From positions 30,001 through 62,000 of the forward strand of contig BAAFSQ010000017.1 in NCBI GenBank assembly GCA_054661495.1: a stretch of DNA of 32,000 nt. Direction: 5' to 3'. A model generated the notes under the pieces. The model was not told where the DNA came from. It did not search any database and saw only the letters and a program-made list of their open reading frames with translations. Of this stretch, positions 9,577-21,000 are shown piece after piece. The stretch comes from Zygophlyctis sp. KS116 (taxonomy: Eukaryota > Fungi > Chytridiomycota). Position 1 is the first letter of the stretch, and each line of letters begins with the position of its first letter. The position numbers and the translations under genes were made by a program.

Positions 9577-12500
9577 ATGAGAGGCTATTTTAGATATTAT
9601 TCATACTATTATGACACAGAAATGCTTCAACTGACCGTTAATGGAAAAGTCCTGGATCCTATTTATTTGAATGTTGAGAAAGCGGTCATGCTCCAGTCTT
9701 CAAACGCTGATTCATTGATTATTCTACACAAGTCTTTAAACTGTTTTGAAATTTCTAAATTAGATCTGGCTGATTTTACTCTGTCAATTAATATTTCTAT
9801 TCAATGGGAACAGGTTGATGCTTTAAATGCTATTTATTTTGGTTCAAATATTATTATTGGGTTGGGAGTAAAGGGAGGATTTAAATTGGTAAATATTTCT
9901 CAACAAATGGATCATGTAAGTTTACAATTTAATTCTTTTAGGATATTATTGATATTGATTGTTTACAAGTCTCAGCGCTCTCTTTTTTTGTTAAAAATTC
10001 CTCCTTGTATGTAATAACAGGATCTAAAAAGGGGACGATAGGGCTTTATAGGATTAAAGAGTCTTGGGATGCAGTCGAAGAATTAATTAGTTTTGAAGAG
10101 TTGACTGGCGGTGGAGAAATTAGACATTTGGTTTTTACTGGAAAAGTTGATAGAGACGTTTTGGTGGCTGTTGGGCAGGGAGGGTACATTCAATTATACT
10201 TAATATAGAAAATATCCTTGTCAATTGGCGTTTCTATTGTTTTCATATCCTTGGAATTCTTGTAAACTGGTAAAAAGATTGCCAGGGACGAGATTAGAAG
10301 GTGGGAATATATCAGCAATGGAATCAAGTAATTTATAATTCTTATTTGTAAGATAGATTAGGTAGAATACTTTTTGTGGCATACGATTATATTTCTGGAA
10401 AAAGAGATTTACAAGTGATTCAATTAGATCCAAGAGATAGTATAAAAGAAGTTTATAAAGCGGAGATTAGAAGTGATTCTAAAATTACTGTACTTGATTA
10501 AAATTAATTACAAGGGGATCCTACCGTTAGGTGATTCTTTAAATGTATCTCTACTCTCTGAAAGTGGTGTAGAAGAAACGATCTATAATGGATCTTTGGA
10601 TCTTGAAGAAGAATTGGTCTTGGTTCCTGTCTTTGGTGATTGGTTTACTCCTACTGAATTTCCTTATCATCAACATGTGACGGAAAATATCAGTGAAATG
10701 CGATTTAGATTTAATGGGCAAATATTTTTTGATAAACTTTTGGAAATAATTGGCGTGAGCCCAGCATTGTATCCGCCCAGAACTGCTGCTCAATGGAAAA
10801 ATATATTTGGTGCGATATTAGAAGCTAGTGATGTTGATATATTACGAAAGCATTGTTTGGTAACCATTTTTAATTGGCTTAATTATTAGATATACTACTT
10901 GATTAAAGATTTAAAATCTGAAAAACATGACCAATATGCTCAAATTTTTGATATGAATCCAACATTTCGTTTGTTGATGGATGGATTATGGGCTCTGGAC
11001 CATGGAAAAGCAGATGTAAACTAGATTCTAATTTTATTATGTAGGAAGCACTTTATTGTCTATCTAATCCATCTGTTGTGCCTGATTGGTGTCCAGAAAT
11101 TGCTCGAGCACTTTTTTCTTGCAAGAAGCCGGAAAATGCAATGTTATTTATTCATATTTCTGGTGCGATTTTGGGAGAAGAAATAGATATTAGGGAGAGA
11201 ATGTCTGAGTTATTGCGAAAGGATTTGACTTTGGCATTTTTATTCCAGGTACCTTAAATAACTAAGATTATAGCGTTCTATAAAAGATAAGTCAATACAA
11301 TTTCGTCTATTTAGTGGAATGCTAGATTTTAGTTTCAGGAATAAAAGTTTGGCCAAAGCGAATCAGCCGAAAATACAAACGCTTTTGGAGCTTTCATTTT
11401 CATCATCAGAAGAAGAGATTCTGCATAAATACTGCTTAGAATCAGAATATTCTGTTGCTCAAAACTTTTTGTTTATGTATTATTTAAACAGAAGTCGCTT
11501 TAAGGAGGCGATATCAATACATTATCAAATTTTGTTTGATAGCAAACGACAGGAAATTATAAAAAATCTGTTCAAAGCTATACCGAGCCTGGAAAATGAA
11601 ATTTCGAAGATGGCTATCAGCTTTAGAGAGTATAAAACCAAAAATATAGAATCAGAGCTAGAAATTAAACCATCTGATGGATCATCATCACCTTTGGCCG
11701 AATCAAATAAGTTAATCACGGATGATTTGCTAATGAAAGATGATAAGAACGAATCAGATTTTCAAATATCATCATTCAAATCTACTTCTGATGTGGAAAG
11801 TGTCGAAGAAGAGTCTGTTTGCGATTCATCAAGTTTGCCACAAGAATCTGTCGAAAACGGCGTTCACGAGGAAGCAGATCTAGAATCATCAAACCAGAAT
11901 CAGGAATCTTTTATGGTTTCTTCAGATGATAGGTTCGATTTAATTGATATTTTAATCAATAGGTCCATCATAAATGTTGAGTATTCTGAAGATGAATCTC
12001 GAAGCATTTCTCCAATTCCTCAAAATCATATTAGCATGGATGCTGATTCAATTCTATTCACTCCTGAAGCTTCAGCTGTGATTAACTCGGAAGCTAATTT
12101 AACGCCACTTGCATCTGTTTTGAAGGAGGATTCAAAGAACAGCGTGATAGATACGCCTAAAGCAAAGATTGTTTTTACCCCTTCATTAAGAAATATATCC
12201 CCCTTTCATCATGTAGTAGAACCACCAAAAACAGGTATGAAATAATTTATAATATTCAAGCTCGAAAAACCGCTCTTGGAACTCCACCTCAACCAAAAAG
12301 AATCGAAAAAGTCGAAAGCCCTATAATTCTTCGATCTAGGCTAAGAAATGTTGTGAAAGAGAAAAGTCCGGAGATTGATGGCAAAAGGTACAAAAAATCA
12401 TTATTTTTAACTAAAGCTCTCTGAAAATCGACAAAATCGAAAGTCGCAAAAGGAGGAGTAAAGATGCGAGAACTTCTCTTGAACTTCGAGGCAAAACCAA

Positions 12501-12861
12501 ATCTCCTCTGGCCAATGCATCACTTTTACAATCAAAACCAGGAGACTCTCCTCAAGAACGAAAGCTGCATACTCCAATTAAAAACAGAATGAGACTTAAA
12601 AGTCTGGACTCTCCTGAACCAATCAGATCTGGTAGATTTTCTCTTCGAAAAACGCCCGCTCGTCTCAAGTATCTTGAACAGCTAGATGATGATGATCATA
12701 CTGAAGAACCAAGTCTTCTAGAGTACACACCTTTAAGATCCGCTGGAGTAAGCATGAATCAATTACGAGGCTCGACTGATATGTCAACGCCAGCAGTTAA
12801 TGTACTGGAACATGCCCGTATTACTCGTCAAAGAGCAAAGAAGGCAATACAAAAAAAATAG
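9577..12861 (+). CDS. ELYS/Ely5-like nucleoporin (beta-rich N-terminus, ELYS helical domain, disordered S/T-P-rich tail)
   Basis: LYPPR...IF..I......KHCL|IYYLIKD...YA..F...GLWALDH...AL..L..P...W matches the ELYS domain. Ten tiny introns give a continuous frame to TAG 12859-12861. The start codon is uncertain. Confidence 0.8.
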
Positions 12862-12875
12862 TTTTGAAAGCAACT

Positions 12876-13621
12876 TTATTCATTCACATATTCCTTAACA
12901 TTTCCTAGCCATCGAACATATTCATTCTGCTCCTTCAACTCCAAGAAAGCGGGGAGGAATTCAGCGAGGGCTTCATCAAATCCACGCTCTGCAATATATT
13001 CTGCAAACTTATCTCGGAGCTCTGGCTGCAACTGATCATAACCAGGTCCAGCATAAACTTCTGCACGTTCAAAATCTCCTTGAGGTCCTGAATTTATCGC
13101 CTAAAATTTAAAAAAGATCATAATTACAGTTGAAGCATCATAATAAGCAAGCGAATCAATTTCAAAGTCATTTGCTTGTAGAGCCAACTCAATTGCCAAA
13201 GCACCTTTTTGATTTTCTTTCGAGAAAACTGCAACAAGTGGCAAATACCCAGCTTCCTATAATCGTCAAAAACTAAAAATACCTCTTCAGCTTCCATTTC
13301 TGTAACAGCATCAGTATTAAAAAAGATGGTGACTTTCTCAGAACCCATACTTTTAGTCATAATAACCTCCTTTTTCCCTGGTTGATCTTTAATCACCCAA
13401 CCGCTTTTTGCCTTGAATTCCTTGATAAGATCGGGAGTTTCAGGCTTATTTTCCTTTTCGTAATCAATTTCCTTTGCCAAATGATGTACCAAATCTGCAT
13501 TACTAGACTTAACGAATGCTGTAGTACTAAATGGCTTATTCAATGCACAAGATAAAGGCCTTGTTGCAATTGATAATGAACGACCCAAAGCAACAGATCT
13601 AACCAATGATAAAGCTTGCAT
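12876..13621 (-). CDS. MAM33: mitochondrial acidic matrix protein Mam33/p32 (C1QBP family)
   Basis: Presequence-like MQALSLVRSVALGRS, L..EIDYE, Y.GP.Y..L..EL...F..YI.ERG.D..L..F......KEQ.EY..WL..VK.YV. Introns 13257-13282 and 13102-13128. Confidence 0.92.
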
Positions 13622-13687
13622 AATTTTTTTTACAGGCACCTACGCCTCACTCAAACTATAAGTTCGTTACACAATTTACATTATTAT

Positions 13688-14310
13688 TTAGATATTAAGA
13701 GGAGGAAAACCTTCAAGACTAGGTAACTGAGAAGTAATATCAGTCATGCACTCTGTCTAAATATTAATAAATATAAATTACAGATAAATCCAATGGAATT
13801 TCCATTGAGAAAGTCTCTTCCTTTACATCAGGAACCCAAATATCTCCAGACCATGCATGAACTTGTGGTCCTCTCTCACAATTTTCATCTTTAACGATTG
13901 GCGGCATTCTATGTGACACAGAAATCTGAATTTTTTCAAGAGATTTATCTGAAGCCCAAAGATATCCTTTTCCTGGTTTTCCTGCTGGCCTATCTATTTT
14001 ATGAAAACAAGGCTGCAAAGATAAATTTGTTCTAATACTATTTCTCCATGATGATGGCTAATTATTAGTTTTTAGTCTTTACAATAAAGAATTGATCAGA
14101 TGAATACTTTGCTGTAATAAAATCGTAAATTTCAGCAAGAGAGAGTAATCCAGATTCAGAAGTATCCAAAGCTTCATGAATCAAATCTACCAGAGACATT
14201 GATGATGCCTTGAAACACTTTTTCACGAGCACTTCATCTTCAATCAGGCTGAATGGTCTTTTGGCACTAGTTTTATTATCATTTTCAGGGGAAGCAGTGG
14301 TTGAAGGCAT
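13688..14310 (-). CDS. forkhead-domain transcription factor (divergent)
   Basis: LIHEAL...[13 protein letters not shown]...|..[20 protein letters not shown]...PGKGYLW. Introns 14058-14082 and about 13757-13781. First ATG is at 14310 but the frame is open up to the HPP stop at 14347. Confidence 0.88.
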
Positions 14311-14346
14311 GGATTTCTTTTCTTTTAGCGGCTTTGCATCCTCCAC

Positions 14347-14957
14347 CTACCACCAACGTTGCGGATACTGTCGTTTAAACAATTTTGCAGAGATTATAGC
14401 TGTTATTAGTAGAATTATCGATCCTAGTAAAACAGGAATTAATACAAACCAATAGCCCAGTCTTGTAATTTCATTTCCACCAGTGATTGCTACTAATGCG
14501 GTGGCACCTAAATTTAAAAATTGTAAATACCTCCTGGAGGATGAACTGCATGAATAATTTCCATTGTAAATATAGTTAATGATACTGCTAATGATCCTTG
14601 TAGCCATAATAGATCTGCATTAGCGTACATAAATATTTGTTTGATTGTAACGCCAATAATTGCTCCAGTTAAATGTCCAATAACAAGATTTCTAGGTTGA
14701 GAAAGAGGACCTGAATACTCTCCATAGATAAGTACAGCAGAGGCAGCAAATGATGCGATTAGAGTTGGAGGGAAATCTTTTGGAATGAATATTATAGTTT
14801 GGGAGTCTGTGGTGCCATGAAATGTATAATAATTAATAATACTAAGAACAAGAAAACTCATAAATGATGATAATAGGGAAGCGATCGGTTCAGAGTATTT
14901 GCTAATCATGGCTTGCATATTAGAAATGATAAAACCCTGGTTGCAAACGACAATCAT
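14347..14957 (-). CDS. HPP-family integral membrane protein
   Basis: LIASFAASAVLIYG...PLSQPRNLVIGH, HPPG|GATAL, terminal YPQRWW. 23-nt intron 14508-14530. The start may be 14957, 14918 or 14909. Confidence 0.93.
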
Positions 14958-14993
14958 TCTATTTCAAAAATCTAAAAGATCTAATCTTCTATG

Positions 14994-17133
14994 CTAAAGA
15001 GGATCGATATTTTCGATCCAACAATCTTTTACATATTTAGAAACTTTTAGTGGTGATTTAGATTTTCTTATCACGTAGTTGTAGAGCCATAGCCAACTGA
15101 TTGCTTGATTGGGCGTTAAAAGTTCAAAACTTATCATTTTTTTGGCGGTTTGGCTTAATTGACGGTACAAATACTTGTCAGTTAATAAATCTTGTAAAAG
15201 ATTTGCCACTTGATTGTAATCACCAGAGTCAACAATATATCCAGTTTTACCATGAATGATTTGATGAACAAGCCCTCCAGTCCGATAGGCAATGACAGGA
15301 ATCCCTTTGGATAATGCTTCTGTCACTTTTATTTCAAATCCTAAAATAAAAAAATTGGACTTACCTTCTTTAGTTGATAATTGTAAACACACTTTTGTTG
15401 ATCTAAGTAGAGCATTTAATAATTGATCTGAGGGAGGGATTCGGACAACCAAAATGTCACGATCATAGGATTGCAAATCTTCATTTTCTAGTAAAGCCAA
15501 CGTCTCTTCAAAAACATAGTGTCCTTCAGGATCGTCAATTGAGCCAAAGCCACATATAAGAAGTTGCGGAACTTGAGATATGGGGAATATTGGATCGGTT
15601 AACTGTCTTAGACGATAATACGCCAAGATCACATCATTTATTCCTAAAATTAATTTAATAATTTACCCTTTGAAGGATCAAATCTACAAAATTGAGATAT
15701 GATTGGCCTAGATTTGAAATCTAATCTCTTATTGACCATATCAAGTGCAATTCTATTGAAGGCACGCTGATAGTAATCAATCATGGCAGGAGTCATTTCC
15801 TTATTTAGTCCATCCAGGGGATCCATGGCGGCTGGCATGTAAAAAAGTTTATCTGGCGGTACTTCACTTGGAACAGAGGCTTCATTTGGATGAAAAACCA
15901 TTGCGTCCGATTCTTTAATAAAAGTCCAGAGATATTTCCACACTCGATGTGTGTTTGATTTAACATCTCTCAATTTTTCATCATCGACTATGTTTCATAA
16001 AAAACAACATACTTTGAATATGCATCCTAAAAATAATCTTGACTTTAGAGTTATAATTCTTTATCCATGGAATCGTTCCTGCTAACTGGGGATCATCAAT
16101 AACAATTACGTCACAGTCTTTGAAAGGACCAAGCGCCCAGTCTCTTTCGACATTTTTCTCGCACCAATCCTCATAAACCAATTTCTCTTCATCTGTCAAA
16201 TCAACTCCAGATTGAGCTACTCCTTGCAGTACATTATGCATCTTGCGTTTTGTTATATCAAAAACATCTGGCTTTGGTCTTGCAACAAACCATTGCACAT
16301 TCAGTTTTAGAAGGCGCAATATACGAATGATTGAATGCCGCATTGTAGCAACACCACCTCCTTGAGGCGTAGAATTGAAAAAAGCTACTTTCAAGTTCTT
16401 TTCTCTACTACTTTCAGCATATTTAGACAAGAGATCAAAATGCTGGACATCTGTAACAAACTGATAATTTTCTAAATCTGCAAAATGTGCCCTTCCATCA
16501 ATATCTACTTCTACTCTTTCTAGTAAGTAATATAGTATGATACCGATGCCGAAAGCCAACCATGGGCTTTGTGATTGCGAATGGACCGGTGATAATCCAA
16601 TCCAATGCCTTCCTTATAGCAGAACATGCTCTCTCATCAATCGTAGACCCTTTAGTTTCTACAATAATTGGAAGTATATCACATTCAAACCATAACCGTG
16701 ATAGTAATTTAAGCCTTCCAGACACATTGATCCGATGACAAAGGAAAACATCACCACCTGATCTACATAAATTTTCTACACCCAAAGAGACTCCGATACC
16801 TGCAATCAAAATCTTACAATGATGTTTTTCTGAATATTCTTGCAACCAGATAATAATTTGCTGTTCTAATTTTCTCAAGTTTCGATCAAACATTTGATTG
16901 ATAACTTGAATTGATGCATCTAAATCTACACTAAAATCATCAGTTAGTGTCTCGATCGTAAAATCAATTCCAGAATATCCATCATGAACATAAATGCAGA
17001 ATGCAGGCTTTGCAGAAATCGGATCCATTTCAATCCCAACATACATTGGAACGTCTTTAATTGATGACTGATGAGATCTTCCAACAGCTAGAGGACGACG
17101 AGAAGCCAGTTTATGATCTTCTTGCGACAACAT
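14994..17133 (-). CDS. fungal trehalose phosphorylase/synthase (CCG-9/TreT-like, GT4)
   Basis: VGFRH|RVEVD, FFNSTPQGGGVA.MRH, VFDITKRKMHNVLQGVA, IDDPQ, DPLDGLNK, RFDPSK|G, GSIDDPEG, LQLSTKE|GFEIKVTEAL. Introns 16516-16543, 15988-16012, 15644-15666 and 15341-15364. Confidence 0.9.
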
Positions 17134-17148
17134 TTAAGTTTCTAGAAA

Positions 17149-17196
17149 CCGCTGATCTGCACGTCCGAAAAGCTTTTCGGACGTGCAGATCAGCGG
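17149..17196. repeat. perfect 48-bp palindrome in the divergent promoter of trehalose phosphorylase / bL17m
   Basis: CCGCTGATCTGCACGTCCGAAAAG|CTTTTCGGACGTGCAGATCAGCGG, with no mismatch and no spacer. Confidence 0.97.
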
Positions 17197-17235
17197 CAAA
17201 TGGTAAGTGTCAGTGTTGGGCGCTCCTGTTAAAAA

Positions 17236-18036
17236 ATGAAGCATGGCAAAAGGTTCTGGCAAAAGAAACTCAATAGATCCCCAGAGCATAGAGGGGCATT
17301 ACTCAAAAATCTAATTACATCTCTAGTTGTGAATGAACAGATTCAAACCACTCTTGCAAAAGCAAAATTTATGGCAAGATCAGCAGATCTGGTAAGATCA
17401 CATTTAAATTGAATTAAGATGATTGAACATGCTAAAAAAGGTTTGATGAAACAGGTCGAGAAAAAACTCTTTAGGAAAGATGAAACAATACCAATTATTA
17501 TGAAAAAATTGGTTCCTAGATATGAGAAAAGATTTGGAGGTTATACTAGAATTTTAAGGAATGGGTTTAGAAGATCTGGTACAGATCGAGCACCTTTAGC
17601 AATTGTTGAATTTGTTGATTGTCCAAAAGATACTATTCATAGATTGGCTCAGGTCCAATTACCAACATTGAAAGAAGATTTAAAAAAGACTATTTCAGAA
17701 AAGTACAGAGTTAATCCAGTACAGTTATTTGATCCAATCAGTGGTGAACCTGTCACCATTCTTCAACATGAGCTAAAAAGGGAATTAAATGAAAAAACGA
17801 TTATCAAGCTTTCAAAGAGAGAAAGAGGGATTCAAAAATTGATTGATAAATACGAGAGATCAATGTCATCATATCCTACTGCCCGTGCAAAAGATGGAGT
17901 AGATAAAACGCGTACAGTTGGTAGTCTAGATCAAACATTGGATGATCTATCATTGGAGTCTCGGCTAATCCAGGAGAATGAGCTTAAGCCTGCAGACGAG
18001 AAAGATTCTAAACAGAAATGGTTCAAGTGGTTTTAA
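17236..18036 (+). CDS. MRPL17: mitochondrial ribosomal protein bL17m (yeast MrpL8)
   Basis: MKHGK...KLNRSPEHRGALLKNLITSLV.NEQIQTTLAKAK, RY..R.GGYTRILR...R..DRAPLAIVEFVD. Intron 17392-17418. Confidence 0.93.
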
Positions 18037-18059
18037 GAGTTCGGGCCTTTTTAAGATAA

Positions 18060-21000
18060 ATGGACGGGGACGAGTCCATTGATATTGTAGTAGAAGATAC
18101 GGTCATAGCTGTTCATGAAATACCTTTGGATTATCTTGAGAGTCCTCCTCCTGAATCCCTATCCAGCCTGGATGAGCAATTAAAAAAGGTAAAATAATAA
18201 CAGTCTGACTCTACTCAGCTATTAAATGATATCAAGAAGCTTGATGATGAGAGAAGAGACGCCATGCTACAAAGTGATAAGTCTTTCCCAACGCCATTAT
18301 TCCCCTTTCCAAGGTAAAACACACTGAATTTATTCAAGTTTTCTAGAGTCTTTCAACGATTTTCGTGATAAGCAACTGGAAGAGTTTTTAAACGTTCCGG
18401 AACCAGCATCTGTAGCATCTATAGGGGACGATGTAAAAAAAGAGGTATGAATCAAACAACGTTTATAATAGATGCGAGAGTTTTGGGATATTGATTCAGA
18501 AGTTACTGGAGAGAAAATTCTTTATCGATTGTTGGCATTTTACAAAGATAGAGGTAATGATGAGAATTGTCATGATTGTAGCTTCTGCTCTTCTTGTTGA
18601 AAATTCACTAATTGTATCACGCTATACAAGATTTCAGCATATTAGTCAAAGGGAAAGTGAACTTTTTGATGTTATCAGGTCAAGACAGCAGAGATTACAA
18701 GATGAATATCAGGATGCCACAGAAAGATGGGAGCGGTTAATGAAGATCTCCCAAGAAGGACCAAAAGAAGCTAATCAAAAGGATTCACAGTTTGATTTTG
18801 AGCTGTCTGATCTAGCAATTTATCTTCGATGGTTTATTCAGCAAGCGCATGCTCAAAGGGATTTGAAGACTTTCTTCACCAGAATGAAGGTACAAGTCTC
18901 AATGATAAAATTAGATTATGCCTCATTACAGTTTTCCTTCAATTTTAGGTGATTATCATTTGATCAATGAGATTAAACCTGGTGAGGGGAAACCAGATTT
19001 TTTTGGGATTTTGGAAGGCATTAATGAGTAATTTTAAATTATTAAAATTTAGATTTGTGGAATCAATGCCACTTAAACAATGTGCCCCAGAGGATTTCTT
19101 AACTGAGGCTGAACTTCTTTGTTCATATTGGAAAATAGAAAGTCCGATAGATCTTGAAGATGGGCAGCCATTTATATATGAAGCAGAGTCATTGTTCTAC
19201 AATAGATTTCAAGATCAAGTCCAGCAGAATATTTTGGCGCCTTACGAAGGGCTATCAGATAAACCAGCTGGGGATCGGGGAGCCGCAACTTCTAATGATT
19301 ATAGTGATTTATGGACTGAAAAAATGGCGTCTTTTGCAGAATATTCAGTTTTACCGGACAAAAAAAGTAATAAAGATCATTAAAATACATTAGAAACAAG
19401 AATTCGTAAAGCTGATTGGATAGATAAAGTTAAATTTTATCCTAGGTATCAAAAATGGCAGAAGGATCAAATTAATACTTTGGGAGAGGTAACTCTTTTT
19501 TCCATAATCTGGTTAGCAAGTAGAAACTGATTTGGAGGTAAAGTATGAATACAATCTGCTTATGGTGGATGATTACGAAGTTGTAGTATCACAGTTGAAA
19601 GGCTCAGCGAAACGATTATACAGCTCTGCGTCACAAGTTCCAAACTGTCGGCCAATTAGTGGGAAAATTTTAAGTATGAATAAGGAACATTCAAGGCAGC
19701 CTTTAGCTGAACCAGAAATTCATTTTTATGAAACATTTAATCTTGGAATGTGTGTTCCGAATGGGAAATTAGATTTGATTGATTCAAATGTCTTACTTAG
19801 CAAAAAACTTTTACTTGGGCAACTATTGAAAGATAATGAAGAAATTCAAAAATTAGATGCTCAAAGCAAGAGTTTCAATAGCCACAAGATCAATGTAATT
19901 CGTTTGTATGCGAGATAATAATATAGCCGACCATTGCAACTTTATTTACTGAAAATGAAATTTACGCGCTTCTACTGTTGCGAAATATTCGCCTGCGGGA
20001 ACAAAGGGATACATTGCTAAGACAACTCAACTTTTTCAGATCCGTTGAAAAACGATTAACTCTTGATGTAAGTTATATTAATACTTATCCTAGTTCGATA
20101 ATAGAAGCTCGGCAATAAAAATTCAAGAATTCGATGTATGACCTGGTTTTTTAAATTTAGGCCGACCGAGAATTATCAGAAGATTTAATACCTGACTTTA
20201 TTGTATCAATGTATGACTGAATAGATTTATTAAGCTAGGATGCAGAATAGAAGCTTGTTCAATCTGACAAAGTCTCTAGATTTTGATGCAAATGCAGAGA
20301 ATGATCAAAGACCGCCAGATTTATCTTGCGAAGACCTGAGGGGGGTTGTAGGAAATATGCCTATTGTTTTCGACGCAGAAGGAAATCAGTTTATATATGG
20401 TACAGTTTGTTATTCTTAGCGATAGATGTGGCTTTGACTGATAGAGCAGAGATTGAAAATACCTTGATAAAAGCATCCACTATTTATCTTAATAAGGATA
20501 TAATTGCAGGAGATGTTGGAAAGTCATATGTTGATGAGCTGCGCTATAGAATGTCAGATCGAAAGAGTATTTTAAGACTGTTGATTTATATTAGCTTTTT
20601 CAGAAACTATTATTTCCAATTCTACTCATATGAACTCATCTATAGATCGATCTCAATTTCTTTTAGAATTGTTCACGGCCGAAGTTGAATTCAATTTCGC
20701 CAAAGGGATGTAATTCAATTTTAAAATTGATTTTAGCTCGTAAATGCATATATGGAGATTTATGAACACAGCTCTGATTCTCAAGAAATACGACAAATCT
20801 TAATAGATTTGTTGTATTTGCGTCCAAATTATAATTTCAATGTAAGCTTGGTTATTCATAACCAAAGAATCGAAATATTATTCAAAGTTATGTAATTCAT
20901 AGAAAATCACTAGAGCTTCATGCAATCATTGTAAAGAAAATGATCAAGTATGGCATAGATTCTCACAGGAATTGGATTAGTTCCATTTCATCTGGCAAGA

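Noticed and set aside
14347-14380. Micro-intron fusing HPP to forkhead in frame
   Set aside because: The two plausible nearby donors (22- and 34-nt introns ending at the TAG) shift the frame, so a simple cis-spliced fusion is not supported.
18037-18059. Faint resemblance of TCGGGCCTTTTTAAGAT to the U2 snRNA 5' end
   Set aside because: No GTAGTA branch-recognition sequence or Sm site, and only 23 nt are available.
18553-18580. Box C-like ATGATGA in a CCDC162-like intron
   Set aside because: The intron is 28 nt with no box D or guide, too short for a snoRNA.
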